Source: an uncultured delta proteobacterium (GTDB taxonomy: Bacteria > Desulfobacterota > Binatia > Binatales > Binataceae). From it: DNA of 64,000 nucleotides. The notes below the pieces were generated by a model. That model was given only the letters and a program-made list of their open reading frames with translations. It made no database searches and was not told the origin of the DNA. This document shows positions 19,864 to 28,169 of the stretch, piece by piece. Position 1 is the first letter of the stretch. Every line of letters starts with the position of its first letter. Where the stretch lies: positions 1,472,001 to 1,536,000 of the forward strand of contig CAWJET010000002.1 of NCBI GenBank assembly GCA_963842085.1. Reading direction: 5' to 3'. The position numbers and the translations under genes are program-made.

Positions 19864-20562
19864 CTACGCTCGTTTCAAGTCCTTGGCGGCGTTGATTCGA
19901 GTGTTAATCTTCGCTTTCATCGCCGCGACCACCGCGTCGATGGAAAGGTTCGTTGAATCGATCACTGTCGCATCGTCCGCGCGCTTGAGCGGCGCAAGCT
20001 CGCGCCCGCTGTCACGGCGGTCGCGCTCGATCAACTGGGCGAGCACTTCGTGCTCGGTGATTGGCGCGCCTTTTTTTTCGAGTTCTTCGAATCTGCGGCG
20101 CGCGCGCGTCTTCACGTCGGCGTCGAGAAAGAACTTGAACTCGGCGTCGGGAAAAATCGCGGTGCCGATATCGCGTCCTTCCATCACCACGCCGCCGTCC
20201 GCGCCCGCCGCGCGCTGCAGCTCGCGCATCCGCGCGCGGACCGCGCCAATCGCGGAGAACCGCGACGCGAGGTCGCCGATTTGCGGCTCGATTATTTTCG
20301 CACTCACATCGCGGCCGTTGAGAAATATATTCTCGCCATCGAACTTTATTTTTATCTTCGCCAGCACCGGTCCCAGCCGTGCTTCGACGTTCGCGTCGTC
20401 CGGACTCACGCCCGCCTCGCGCGCCGCGATCGCGACCGCACGATACATCGCGCCCGTGTTCAGGTAGGCGAAGCCGAGCGCGCGCGCGAGCATGCGCGCC
20501 ACCACGGATTTTCCCGCTCCGACCGGACCGTCGATCGCGATTATTGGCCGGCGGCGCTTCAT
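19864..20562 (-). CDS. cmk: Cytidylate kinase
   Basis: IAIDGPVGAGKS, TGAMYRA, VMEGRDIGT, RDRRDSGR. Confidence 0.95.
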   Translation of the reverse strand: MKRRRPIIAIDGPVGAGKSVVARMLARALGFAYLNTGAMYRAVAIAAREAGVSPDDANVEARLGPVLAKIKIKFDGENIFLNGRDVSAKIIEPQIGDLASRFSAIGAVRARMRELQRAAGADGGVVMEGRDIGTAIFPDAEFKFFLDADVKTRARRRFEELEKKGAPITEHEVLAQLIERDRRDSGRELAPLKRADDATVIDSTNLSIDAVVAAMKAKINTRINAAKDLKRA

Positions 20563-20633
20563 CCGAGCCTTTCCGGAATCCGGAGTCTTGCTTTGCAATA
20601 TGCCGTTCCGGGCGTTGCGCCAGCCCACTTACC

Positions 20634-20904
20634 TGTCATCCCTACCGAACGAGCAGCGCGAGCGCATTCGTCTGTCTTCCTGACGACGCGAGCAACGCGA
20701 GCCGAGGAAGGATCTCGGACAGCTTCGCGCCAGCGAAGCCGGTACCGGTTCTGAAATCGCGAAGCGCTCCTATGCTGAAGTCGTCGCGCAAGCCTCCGGA
20801 TTCTCATTGGCTGCAACAACGCAAAACCGGAACCGGCGGCGCTCACGCCCCGCTGTCCGAGATCCTTCCATCCACTCGCGTTGCTCGCTTCTGTCAGGAT
20901 GACA
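20634..20904. repeat. REP/MITE-like element with ~50-bp imperfect inverted arms
   Basis: Left arm 20673-20723 TGTCTTCCTGAC..GCGAGCAACGCGAG..GGAAGGATCTCGGACAGC; right arm 20852-20904 GCTGTCCGAGATCCTTCC..CTCGCGTTGCTCGC..GTCAGGATGACA; extra partial arm at 20634-20662. Confidence 0.75.
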
Positions 20905-20914
20905 CCAAGGCGAT

Positions 20915-21778
20915 TCATCTGAGTTTTCCCCGCATCGCCCGACCGCGATTAAAAATCTTCTCGACGCCTTCGATGTCGCCGGTTTCGATCGCGCGCTGAA
21001 ATTCTGCGAACGTCCTGCCGTAAAGTTTCAGGGCCGCCCCCAGCGCCTCGCGATTGGTCACGAAAATATCGCGCCACATCTCCCATGACGATGCCGCCAG
21101 TCGCGTAGTATCGCGGAGCCCGCCCGCGCCGTAGTCCGCCGCGAGCTTGTCGCCGACCGTCTCGCCCTCGAGCGCTGCCGCCAGCACGCTCGACACCACC
21201 TGGGGCAGATGACTCGAGCGCGCGAGGAGCGCGTCGTGCGTCGCCGCGTTCATCATCTCGACGCACGCACCGGTCTCGTCCCATAGCTGCTCGACCTTTT
21301 CGATCGCCGCGGGCGTGCTCTTCGCCGACGGCGTGATAATCACGCGCCGGTCCCGGAACAGGCCGGGGTCCGCCGCCGACGCGCCGGTAGTTTCCTTGCC
21401 GGCCACCGGATGCGCCGCGACGAGCGATCGCTTGCCTGTGATCAGCGGCTCCAGCTCGCGCACCACGTATCCCTTCACGCTGCCGACGTCGGTCACGACC
21501 GCGTCCGGCGCCGTGTGCTCGATCATTTTTTCCAGCGTCGAGCGCATCGTCTGTATCGGCACCGCCAACACGATCAGGTCCGCGCCGCGCGCTGCCTCGA
21601 CCGGGTCCCGCGTGGCGATATCGATCATGCCGCGCTCGACCGCCACGTCCAGGTTCGCCTGCGACCGTCCCAAGCCGACGACCTTGCCGACGACACCCGC
21701 GTGCCGCGCGATAAGCGCAAACGAGCCACCGATCAGCCCCACCCCGCACACGGTCATTTGCCGAAATAGCTGCGCCAT
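20915..21778 (-). CDS. tyrA: Prephenate/arogenate dehydrogenase
   Basis: GVGLIGGS, VTDVGSVK, HPVAGKE, HD....SSHLP, GLRDTTRLAAS. Confidence 0.93.
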   Translation of the reverse strand: MAQLFRQMTVCGVGLIGGSFALIARHAGVVGKVVGLGRSQANLDVAVERGMIDIATRDPVEAARGADLIVLAVPIQTMRSTLEKMIEHTAPDAVVTDVGSVKGYVVRELEPLITGKRSLVAAHPVAGKETTGASAADPGLFRDRRVIITPSAKSTPAAIEKVEQLWDETGACVEMMNAATHDALLARSSHLPQVVSSVLAAALEGETVGDKLAADYGAGGLRDTTRLAASSWEMWRDIFVTNREALGAALKLYGRTFAEFQRAIETGDIEGVEKIFNRGRAMRGKLR

Positions 21779-22242
21779 CAGATTCGGATTCCGCCGCCCG
21801 GCGGCACCGTCTTCGCCATCCTGGCCTGCGACGCTCGCAGCAGCAGATTGGCAACCGCGATCATCATAACCGCGAGCAGCGGGAAGAGTACGTAATTCAT
21901 GTTGACGTTGGATCCGCCAGCGTCGGCGACGATCACGCCGAAGACCCCCGCCATCACCAACACATAGGCAAGCCTGAACCACGACAGCGCACTCATCGCT
22001 TTCCCGTCGAAGTTCTCAGGCCGCATAACAGCAATGAATCCGAGAAGCGCGTATCCCGCCAGCGCGATCGGCGGCATCAGCAAGAGCCCGACAAATTTCG
22101 ACCCGTAGCCGTCGATTTGCCCGGCAATGTTCCAGTGGATCGGAATTTGCGCCGGCGCAGATGGCCACGACCATGCCGCGAGCGCGAACATCGCCGCGAT
22201 TAGCACTCGCGCCAGCCATTGTGCATTTCGATTGCCCCTCAC
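21778..22242 (-). CDS. DUF1648/SdpI-like integral membrane protein
   Basis: PAQIPIHWNIAGQIDGYGSK motif plus four TM helices; overlaps both neighbours. Confidence 0.75.
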   Translation of the reverse strand: MRGNRNAQWLARVLIAAMFALAAWSWPSAPAQIPIHWNIAGQIDGYGSKFVGLLLMPPIALAGYALLGFIAVMRPENFDGKAMSALSWFRLAYVLVMAGVFGVIVADAGGSNVNMNYVLFPLLAVMMIAVANLLLRASQARMAKTVPPGGGIRI

Positions 22243-23345
22243 GACTTGGCGCCCATCACTTCACCGAGCGCCGCGACCAGCCGCCGATTCTCCTCGGGCA
22301 GTCCCACGCTGATTCGCACGTGCCGCGGATATCCGTAACCGTTCATCGCCCGCACGATCACGCCCTTGCGCAGCAGCTTGTCGTACACCGCGCGCCCGTC
22401 GCCCACCTCGACCAGGAAAAAATTCGCGTGACTCGGCACGAACGGCAGCTTGAGGCGCGCGAACTCGCCCTCGAGGTAGTCCATCCCCTCGGCGTTGACT
22501 TGCAGCGTCCGCGCTATATGCGCGCGGTCGTCCATCCCCGCGATCGCCGCGACCTGCGCGAGCGACGTGACGTTGAACGGCTGCCGCACGTTATGCAGCA
22601 TCTGAATCATGTCCGGGCGCGCCACCGCGTAGCCGACCCGAATGCCCGCCAGCCCGAAAATTTTCGAAAACGTCCTGAGCGTGATTATCAGCCGGCGGCC
22701 GTCGTGGTCTTCCATCGAGTCCGGGTATTGCGGATCGCGCACGAATTCGAAGTACGCCTCGTCGGCGACGATCACGACGTTCTCCGGCACGCGCCCCAGG
22801 AACCGCTTCCATTCGGCGCGCCGGTAAATCGTACCGGTCGGATTGTTCGGATTGCCGAGAAAGACAATCCGCGTGTTCGCGTCGATCGCCGCCACCATCG
22901 CGTCGAGGTCGTGCGCGAATCCATCGATGGTCTTGACCACGCGATGCTCCCCGCCAGCGGCCGCGGTCGCCAGCGGATAGATCGCGAACGAATGCTCCGA
23001 GTAAACCGAGTTCAGCCCCGGGCGCAAGTATAGGAACGCGAGAAGGTTCAGCACCTCGACCGAGCCCGAGGCCGCAAATACGCGCTCGACTCCAATCTTG
23101 TGGTGCGCCGCGATCTTTTTCCGCAGCTCGTAGCTCGCGCCGTCGGGATATCGATTCAGCTCCGGCAGCGCCGCCTTGATTGCCTCGATCGCGCGCGGCG
23201 ACGGCCCGAGCGGATTCTCGTTCGACGCCAGCTTGACCGGTTCGACGATTCCGAGTTCGCGTTGCAACTCCTCGATCGGCTTGCCCGGCTCGTAAGGAGC
23301 AAGCGCTGCGACCGATGGGAGTACGAGATCTTGAGCTTTGATCAA
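22239..23345 (-). CDS. hisC: Histidinol-phosphate aminotransferase
   Basis: YEPGKP, KLASNENPLG, NPNNPTG, DEAY, RTFSKIFGLAGIRVGY. Confidence 0.93.
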   Translation of the reverse strand: MIKAQDLVLPSVAALAPYEPGKPIEELQRELGIVEPVKLASNENPLGPSPRAIEAIKAALPELNRYPDGASYELRKKIAAHHKIGVERVFAASGSVEVLNLLAFLYLRPGLNSVYSEHSFAIYPLATAAAGGEHRVVKTIDGFAHDLDAMVAAIDANTRIVFLGNPNNPTGTIYRRAEWKRFLGRVPENVVIVADEAYFEFVRDPQYPDSMEDHDGRRLIITLRTFSKIFGLAGIRVGYAVARPDMIQMLHNVRQPFNVTSLAQVAAIAGMDDRAHIARTLQVNAEGMDYLEGEFARLKLPFVPSHANFFLVEVGDGRAVYDKLLRKGVIVRAMNGYGYPRHVRISVGLPEENRRLVAALGEVMGAKS

Positions 23346-23387
23346 AACCGGTGAGCGGCCACTGGAGTACTTTTCAGACTGCCCGGC

Positions 23388-24533
23388 TCAGGCAGCGGCC
23401 GACCTTCCTTCAGGATACGATCCTAAGACCTTCAAGAATAGGGCCTTGCTCGAAAGCGACTTGAGCGCGCGCGCCAGCTTGGGGTCGTCGCGATGCCCCA
23501 TGACGTCGACAAAGAACAGGTATTCCCACGGCCGCGCGCGCAGCGGACGCGATTCGATCTTCGATATATTGATCGCATTGCGCGCAAACAGGTTAAGCGC
23601 CTGGTTGAGCGTGCCCACCCGGTCCGCGACCGCGAACAGCAGCGTGGTCTTGTCCTTCAGCGCCGGTGCCGAGCCCGACCGCTCGACCGGCCGCGTGCCC
23701 ATCACCAGGAATCGCGTCGTATTGTTGGCGACGTCCTGCACGTTCGACGCGATCGTCTTGAGCCCGTAGGCCTCGCCTGCCGCCGCCGACGCGATCGCCG
23801 CGAGCGACCCGTCCGCGGCCGCGCGCTGCGCTGCAAGCGCGTTGGACGCTACCGTCTCGGTCTCGCAACCGGCGAACTTCGCGCTCAAGTATCCGCGACA
23901 CTGCGCCAGGCTTTGCTGATGGGACACGATTCGCCTGACGTCGCCGGCCTTGCCGCTGAGCGACATTAGCGAGTGCCGAATCGGCAGCAGCACTTCGCCG
24001 ATTATCACCAGCGAGGTATCGATCAGGAGGTCGAGCGTCAGGGTCACCGATCCTTCGGTCGAGTTCTCGACCGGCACCACGCCGAAATCGGCACGACCGT
24101 TCTCGATCGCCTGGAACACTGCCGCGAACGACTCCAGCGGCATCAGCTCAACGCTCGAGCCGAACCGGATCCGTGTCGCCTCGTGCGAGTAGGTGTGCTC
24201 GGGGCCGAGGAACGCGACGCGCGGCTCGTGCTCGAGCGCGCGGCAGGCCGAAATTATCTCGACATAAATCCGCTTGAGCTGCTCGCCGGTCAGTGGCCCC
24301 TGGTTCTCGGCGAGCATCTTTTCGATAATTGCGCGCTCGCGCACCGGCTGATAAACCTCGCCGCCCTCATAGTGCTTGAGGCGGCCGATCTCTTTTGCCA
24401 CGCTGGCCCGCGCCGACACCAGCCGCAGGATCTTGAGATTTATCTCGTCCATCCGCGCGCGCAGAGCCTCAATCGACGGCGGCTCAGCGGCGGCGCCGGC
24501 CGGAGCTGATTTTCTGGCAATCCGCGCTGACAT
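23388..24533 (-). CDS. pheA: Chorismate mutase/prephenate dehydratase (P-protein)
   Basis: CM domain (LRARMDEIN), FLGPEHTYS, VPVENSTEG, NTTRFLV, KIESRP ACT domain. Confidence 0.95.
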   Translation of the reverse strand: MSARIARKSAPAGAAAEPPSIEALRARMDEINLKILRLVSARASVAKEIGRLKHYEGGEVYQPVRERAIIEKMLAENQGPLTGEQLKRIYVEIISACRALEHEPRVAFLGPEHTYSHEATRIRFGSSVELMPLESFAAVFQAIENGRADFGVVPVENSTEGSVTLTLDLLIDTSLVIIGEVLLPIRHSLMSLSGKAGDVRRIVSHQQSLAQCRGYLSAKFAGCETETVASNALAAQRAAADGSLAAIASAAAGEAYGLKTIASNVQDVANNTTRFLVMGTRPVERSGSAPALKDKTTLLFAVADRVGTLNQALNLFARNAINISKIESRPLRARPWEYLFFVDVMGHRDDPKLARALKSLSSKALFLKVLGSYPEGRSAAA

Positions 24534-24699
24534 CGAACCAGAATGGCTACCCGATCAACCGTTTCTTTTCAACGATGGTCCCGGCACGGGCATGGGCAGG
24601 CTCGGATGAAGGCAAATCACACCTGGAAGGCGGGTATTTTCCGGTAGGCTTATCGACGCAAGTTTGAATATAATCCGGGTTATCCGGAGGAGCCGAACT

Positions 24700-24837
24700 A
24701 TGGGCGCATTTATCCTCGGTCTGATTATCGGTGCCGGCGGTGCTCTCGCGCTCTTCATCTACGACGAGGGAGAGTTGTTCTTGAGGCTCTCTCGCCAGAT
24801 AAAGCAAACGGCCGAACGCTACCGGCAATCGCCATAG
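24700..24837 (+). CDS. 45-aa single-TM small protein (below the ORF-track cutoff)
   Basis: TATAAT at 24669, GGAGGAG RBS, MGAFILGLIIGAGGALALFIYDEGELFLRLSRQIKQTAERYRQSP. Confidence 0.65.
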   Translation: MGAFILGLIIGAGGALALFIYDEGELFLRLSRQIKQTAERYRQSP

Positions 24838-24870
24838 CCTGAAGGGTCGAGTGGCGTGGTCGATTTCGTC

Positions 24871-26340
24871 ATGCATAGAAGCGGCGCGCGGGTAGCGCGG
24901 AGCGGGTCCGTCCCACGGCTGACTGCCGCGATTGCGGTGCTCGCGATCGTTGCCGTGGTGGTCGGCCAGCGGCAATGCTTCGCACAGGACGCGCAGGCGG
25001 AAGCGCTCGACTTGAGCGACCATGCGTTCGCGATGCTCAACGCAATCAACGCGGCGTCCACCACGGCCGGACCGATCCTGGCTCCGGCCGCCAGCCTGGC
25101 CGGCGATGCGCAAACGTTGTCGACGGCTCTGGGGGCGCATGACAATGCCGGCGCCAGCAGCGCGATGGCGGCGGTGCTGAGCGATCGCGACAAGATAGAA
25201 GCCGCGGCGAAGATTGCGGGCGGGCATTATCCGGAGGAGTGGAGCACTATCCGGCGAACGATCGCGGAGCTGGAAAAGCAGGTTCCGACTGCGAAAGGAC
25301 CTATAGCGCGCAGTGACGTGCCGGAGTCGCACGCATCGGTCGCGCCGCCACCCGGAGAAACGATCCCGGCCGCGCCCAAGATCGAGATCGCCTCGCGGGT
25401 CTTCAAGGGCGGAACGGTGCGGGTGAAGGGCTACCTGGAAGGCACCGACCTCAAGTCGGCTGGAATTTTCGACGGCGACACGAAGAGCAAAGATATCGAC
25501 GTCGCGAGCACGCCGGGTGAGCAGCGGATCAACTTCGATTTTTCGATCGACCAGCCTTCGCCGACACAGTCGATTCGCGTGACCGACTCGTACGGGCGCG
25601 AAGCGCAGGCGATGGTCGCGCCGGACCCGGCGGGAGTCGGCGCAATGAAGGGGAGCGAGGAACTGATCGAGGTCGATCCGGGCGCGACCGCGTCACCGGG
25701 CGAGGCGGGTCCGTTGGCCGAGAGCCCATTGGCGTCGGCGGGTCCCGCGGTTCGTCACAACACGGCCGAGATTCCGCGGCCGGACGATGAACTGTCGCCG
25801 TCGCGCCGTCATATCGACGCAAACTCGTCGGTGGGGCCGCTGACGAATGTGCAGATCAACGTGATCGACGCCGAGGAATTGATGTCGGCGCCGGGAATGG
25901 TCGAAGTAGTCGGGCAGATCGCGGGGCCAGGTGTGCGTCATGCGGGCGTTTACGTCAATGGCCGGCTAGTCAAGCCGATCGGGATAAGCCCAAGCGGCTA
26001 CAGCGCCTTCGACCTGACTTTTCCGATGCCGGCGGGCAGCGACGCGAGGATTCGCGCGTACGGCAACGGCAACGACTTCGTGGAAGCGTCGATTGACACG
26101 GTGGGTGGAGGCAGCGGGATAACGGAGTATCGCAACCCGCCGATGTACGCAGCTCCGTACGGAGCCTACCCCGCGTATCCGGGGGCGCCGTATTACGGAG
26201 CCAATCCATACGCCTACGCGAATCCGTATGCGCCGGGCTACAATCCGTACGCGCCCAATCCGTATCCATATGGATACCCGCCGCCGTACGGCACGACGGC
26301 TCCGGTTAACCGTCCGTGGTACAGCAGACTGTTCCATTAG
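24871..26340 (+). CDS. Exported hypothetical protein with two beta-rich domains and a Tyr/Pro/Asn-rich tail
   Basis: Signal/TM segment, long ORF with coding-like codon usage, NPY/PY repeats at the C-terminus. Confidence 0.7.
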   Translation: MHRSGARVARSGSVPRLTAAIAVLAIVAVVVGQRQCFAQDAQAEALDLSDHAFAMLNAINAASTTAGPILAPAASLAGDAQTLSTALGAHDNAGASSAMAAVLSDRDKIEAAAKIAGGHYPEEWSTIRRTIAELEKQVPTAKGPIARSDVPESHASVAPPPGETIPAAPKIEIASRVFKGGTVRVKGYLEGTDLKSAGIFDGDTKSKDIDVASTPGEQRINFDFSIDQPSPTQSIRVTDSYGREAQAMVAPDPAGVGAMKGSEELIEVDPGATASPGEAGPLAESPLASAGPAVRHNTAEIPRPDDELSPSRRHIDANSSVGPLTNVQINVIDAEELMSAPGMVEVVGQIAGPGVRHAGVYVNGRLVKPIGISPSGYSAFDLTFPMPAGSDARIRAYGNGNDFVEASIDTVGGGSGITEYRNPPMYAAPYGAYPAYPGAPYYGANPYAYANPYAPGYNPYAPNPYPYGYPPPYGTTAPVNRPWYSRLFH

Positions 26341-26425
26341 TGCGCGACCGCGAACTTGCCGCGCGCTACGGGCTTGCGTAGAATTCCCTTCTTAACCTTC
26401 GTTCTTTATCGAGAGTGTCCACACG

Positions 26426-26989
26426 ATGCTGATTCAAGCGACGCAACTGCGCCCGGGTATGATTGTCGAATACAACAACGACCTGTGGCGGATCATGACG
26501 ATCACGCATATCACGCCGGGCAACTGGCGCGGGATGGTGCAAACCAAGCTGCGCAACGTGAAGACGGGGTCGCAAACCGAGAACCGCTTCCGCTCGGAAG
26601 ATCGCGTCGAGCGGATAATCCTGAACCAGAGCAAGATGCAGTTCCTGTACCAGGACGGCGACGATTTCCATTTCATGAACACCGAGAACTACGAGCAGAT
26701 CACGATTCCCAAGGAGCTGATCGAGGACGTGGTCGGATTCCTGACGCCGAACCTGGAAGTCGAAGTCGAGTTCTATGAAACGACGCCGCTCAACGTGACG
26801 CTGCCGAAGACGGTCGCGCTCAAGGTGATGCAGACCGACCCGGGAATGAAGACGGCGGCCGTGAACAATACGCTCAAGCCGGCGACGCTCGAGACCGGGA
26901 TGGTCATCAACGTGCCGCATTTCGTGGCCGAGGGCGACACGATCACGATCAACACCGAAACGCACGAGTACCTGTCACGCTCGAAGTAG
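26426..26989 (+). CDS. efp: Elongation factor P (Asn at the Lys34-equivalent position)
   Basis: LRPGM, HITPGNWRG loop, QFLYQDG, FMNTENYEQ, KPATLETG, VPHF. Confidence 0.95.
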   Translation: MLIQATQLRPGMIVEYNNDLWRIMTITHITPGNWRGMVQTKLRNVKTGSQTENRFRSEDRVERIILNQSKMQFLYQDGDDFHFMNTENYEQITIPKELIEDVVGFLTPNLEVEVEFYETTPLNVTLPKTVALKVMQTDPGMKTAAVNNTLKPATLETGMVINVPHFVAEGDTITINTETHEYLSRSK

Positions 26990-27000
26990 CGGGTTGAGAA

Positions 27001-28164
27001 TTGACTGGCGCGCGCCAGACGTATCGACCTGCCGGGCGCGTCCGCAGGGCTGCGCCAGAGCGCGCGCAGCCGCATCCTGTCCGGTTCGGGCCAAATCTCT
27101 ACATCGCGCATACGCAGCCCGGGTTCGAAGGAATCGCGGCGGACGAGATAGCTGGACGCGTCCCCGGCGCGCGCGAGATCGCGCGGCGCGCGGTGCCCGA
27201 TCGCGCCGGGATGACGCTTTTCTTCGCGCCGGCAGCCGAGAAGCTCGGTGTGATCCGAACGGCTGAGGACCTGTTCGGGCTGGCCGGCTACCGCTCCGGA
27301 ATCGGGCCGGGGAGCGCGGCACTGGACAAGATTCGCGGCGCGGCGCGCGAAGCGCCGCTGGTCGAGGCGGCGATTCAGGCGCGCGTGAAGGTCTCGCCGG
27401 GGGCGCGCGCGGGCCGCAGGCTCAAGTTCCGCGTGATCGCCAGGATGGCGGGAGCGCACGAATTTCGCCGCGTCGATTTCCAGCGCGCGGTCGAGCGCGG
27501 GATTCTCGAGCGGAGCGATCACACCTGGCGGCTGGAAGAAGCGGACGCCGATCTCGAGTTCTGGGCGACGATGATCGACGCCGAGTTCTTTTTTACGGTG
27601 CGGCTCAGCGACGACCGCATGCGGCATCGCGAGTACAAGACTGCCCATCGCCCGGCGTCGCTGCGCGCGTCGAGTGCGGCAGCGCTCGCGTGGCTGTCTG
27701 AGCCGCGCGACGACGACATCGTGCTCGATCCATTTTGCGGCGCGGGCACCATACTGATCGAGCGGGCACACCTGGGACGGTACGCGATGCTGATTGGCAG
27801 CGATCGCGACCAGGCGGCGCTCGCGGCGGCGCGCGTGAATGTCGGCGCGCGCTACAAGCCAATCCGGCTCGAGAACTGGGACGCGGGAGCGCTGCCGCTC
27901 GGCGACGCCAGCGTGAACAAAATCGTCACCAACCTGCCGTGGGGATTGCGCTACGGCTCGCACGGCGAGAATCGAAAACTCTATCCGCTGTGGATGCGGG
28001 AGTTCGCACGCGTGCTCAAACGCGGCGGCGCGATGGTGATGATTACGGCGGAGTGGCGGCTGATGCGCGAGCTCGAGCGCACCCGCAGGATCGCGCCGAG
28101 CAAAATTATTCGCGTGTCGGTACTCGGCAAATCGGCGGCGATTTACGTGTGCCGCAAAGACTAG
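27001..28164 (+). CDS. THUMP-like/UPF0020 amino-methyltransferase (TrmN/Trm14-like)
   Basis: RMRHREY..HRPASLR, LDPFCGAGTILIE, IVTNLPWG; begins 11 nt after efp (TTG start uncertain). Confidence 0.8.
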   Translation: MTGARQTYRPAGRVRRAAPERAQPHPVRFGPNLYIAHTQPGFEGIAADEIAGRVPGAREIARRAVPDRAGMTLFFAPAAEKLGVIRTAEDLFGLAGYRSGIGPGSAALDKIRGAAREAPLVEAAIQARVKVSPGARAGRRLKFRVIARMAGAHEFRRVDFQRAVERGILERSDHTWRLEEADADLEFWATMIDAEFFFTVRLSDDRMRHREYKTAHRPASLRASSAAALAWLSEPRDDDIVLDPFCGAGTILIERAHLGRYAMLIGSDRDQAALAAARVNVGARYKPIRLENWDAGALPLGDASVNKIVTNLPWGLRYGSHGENRKLYPLWMREFARVLKRGGAMVMITAEWRLMRELERTRRIAPSKIIRVSVLGKSAAIYVCRKD

Positions 28165-28169
28165 ACGCC

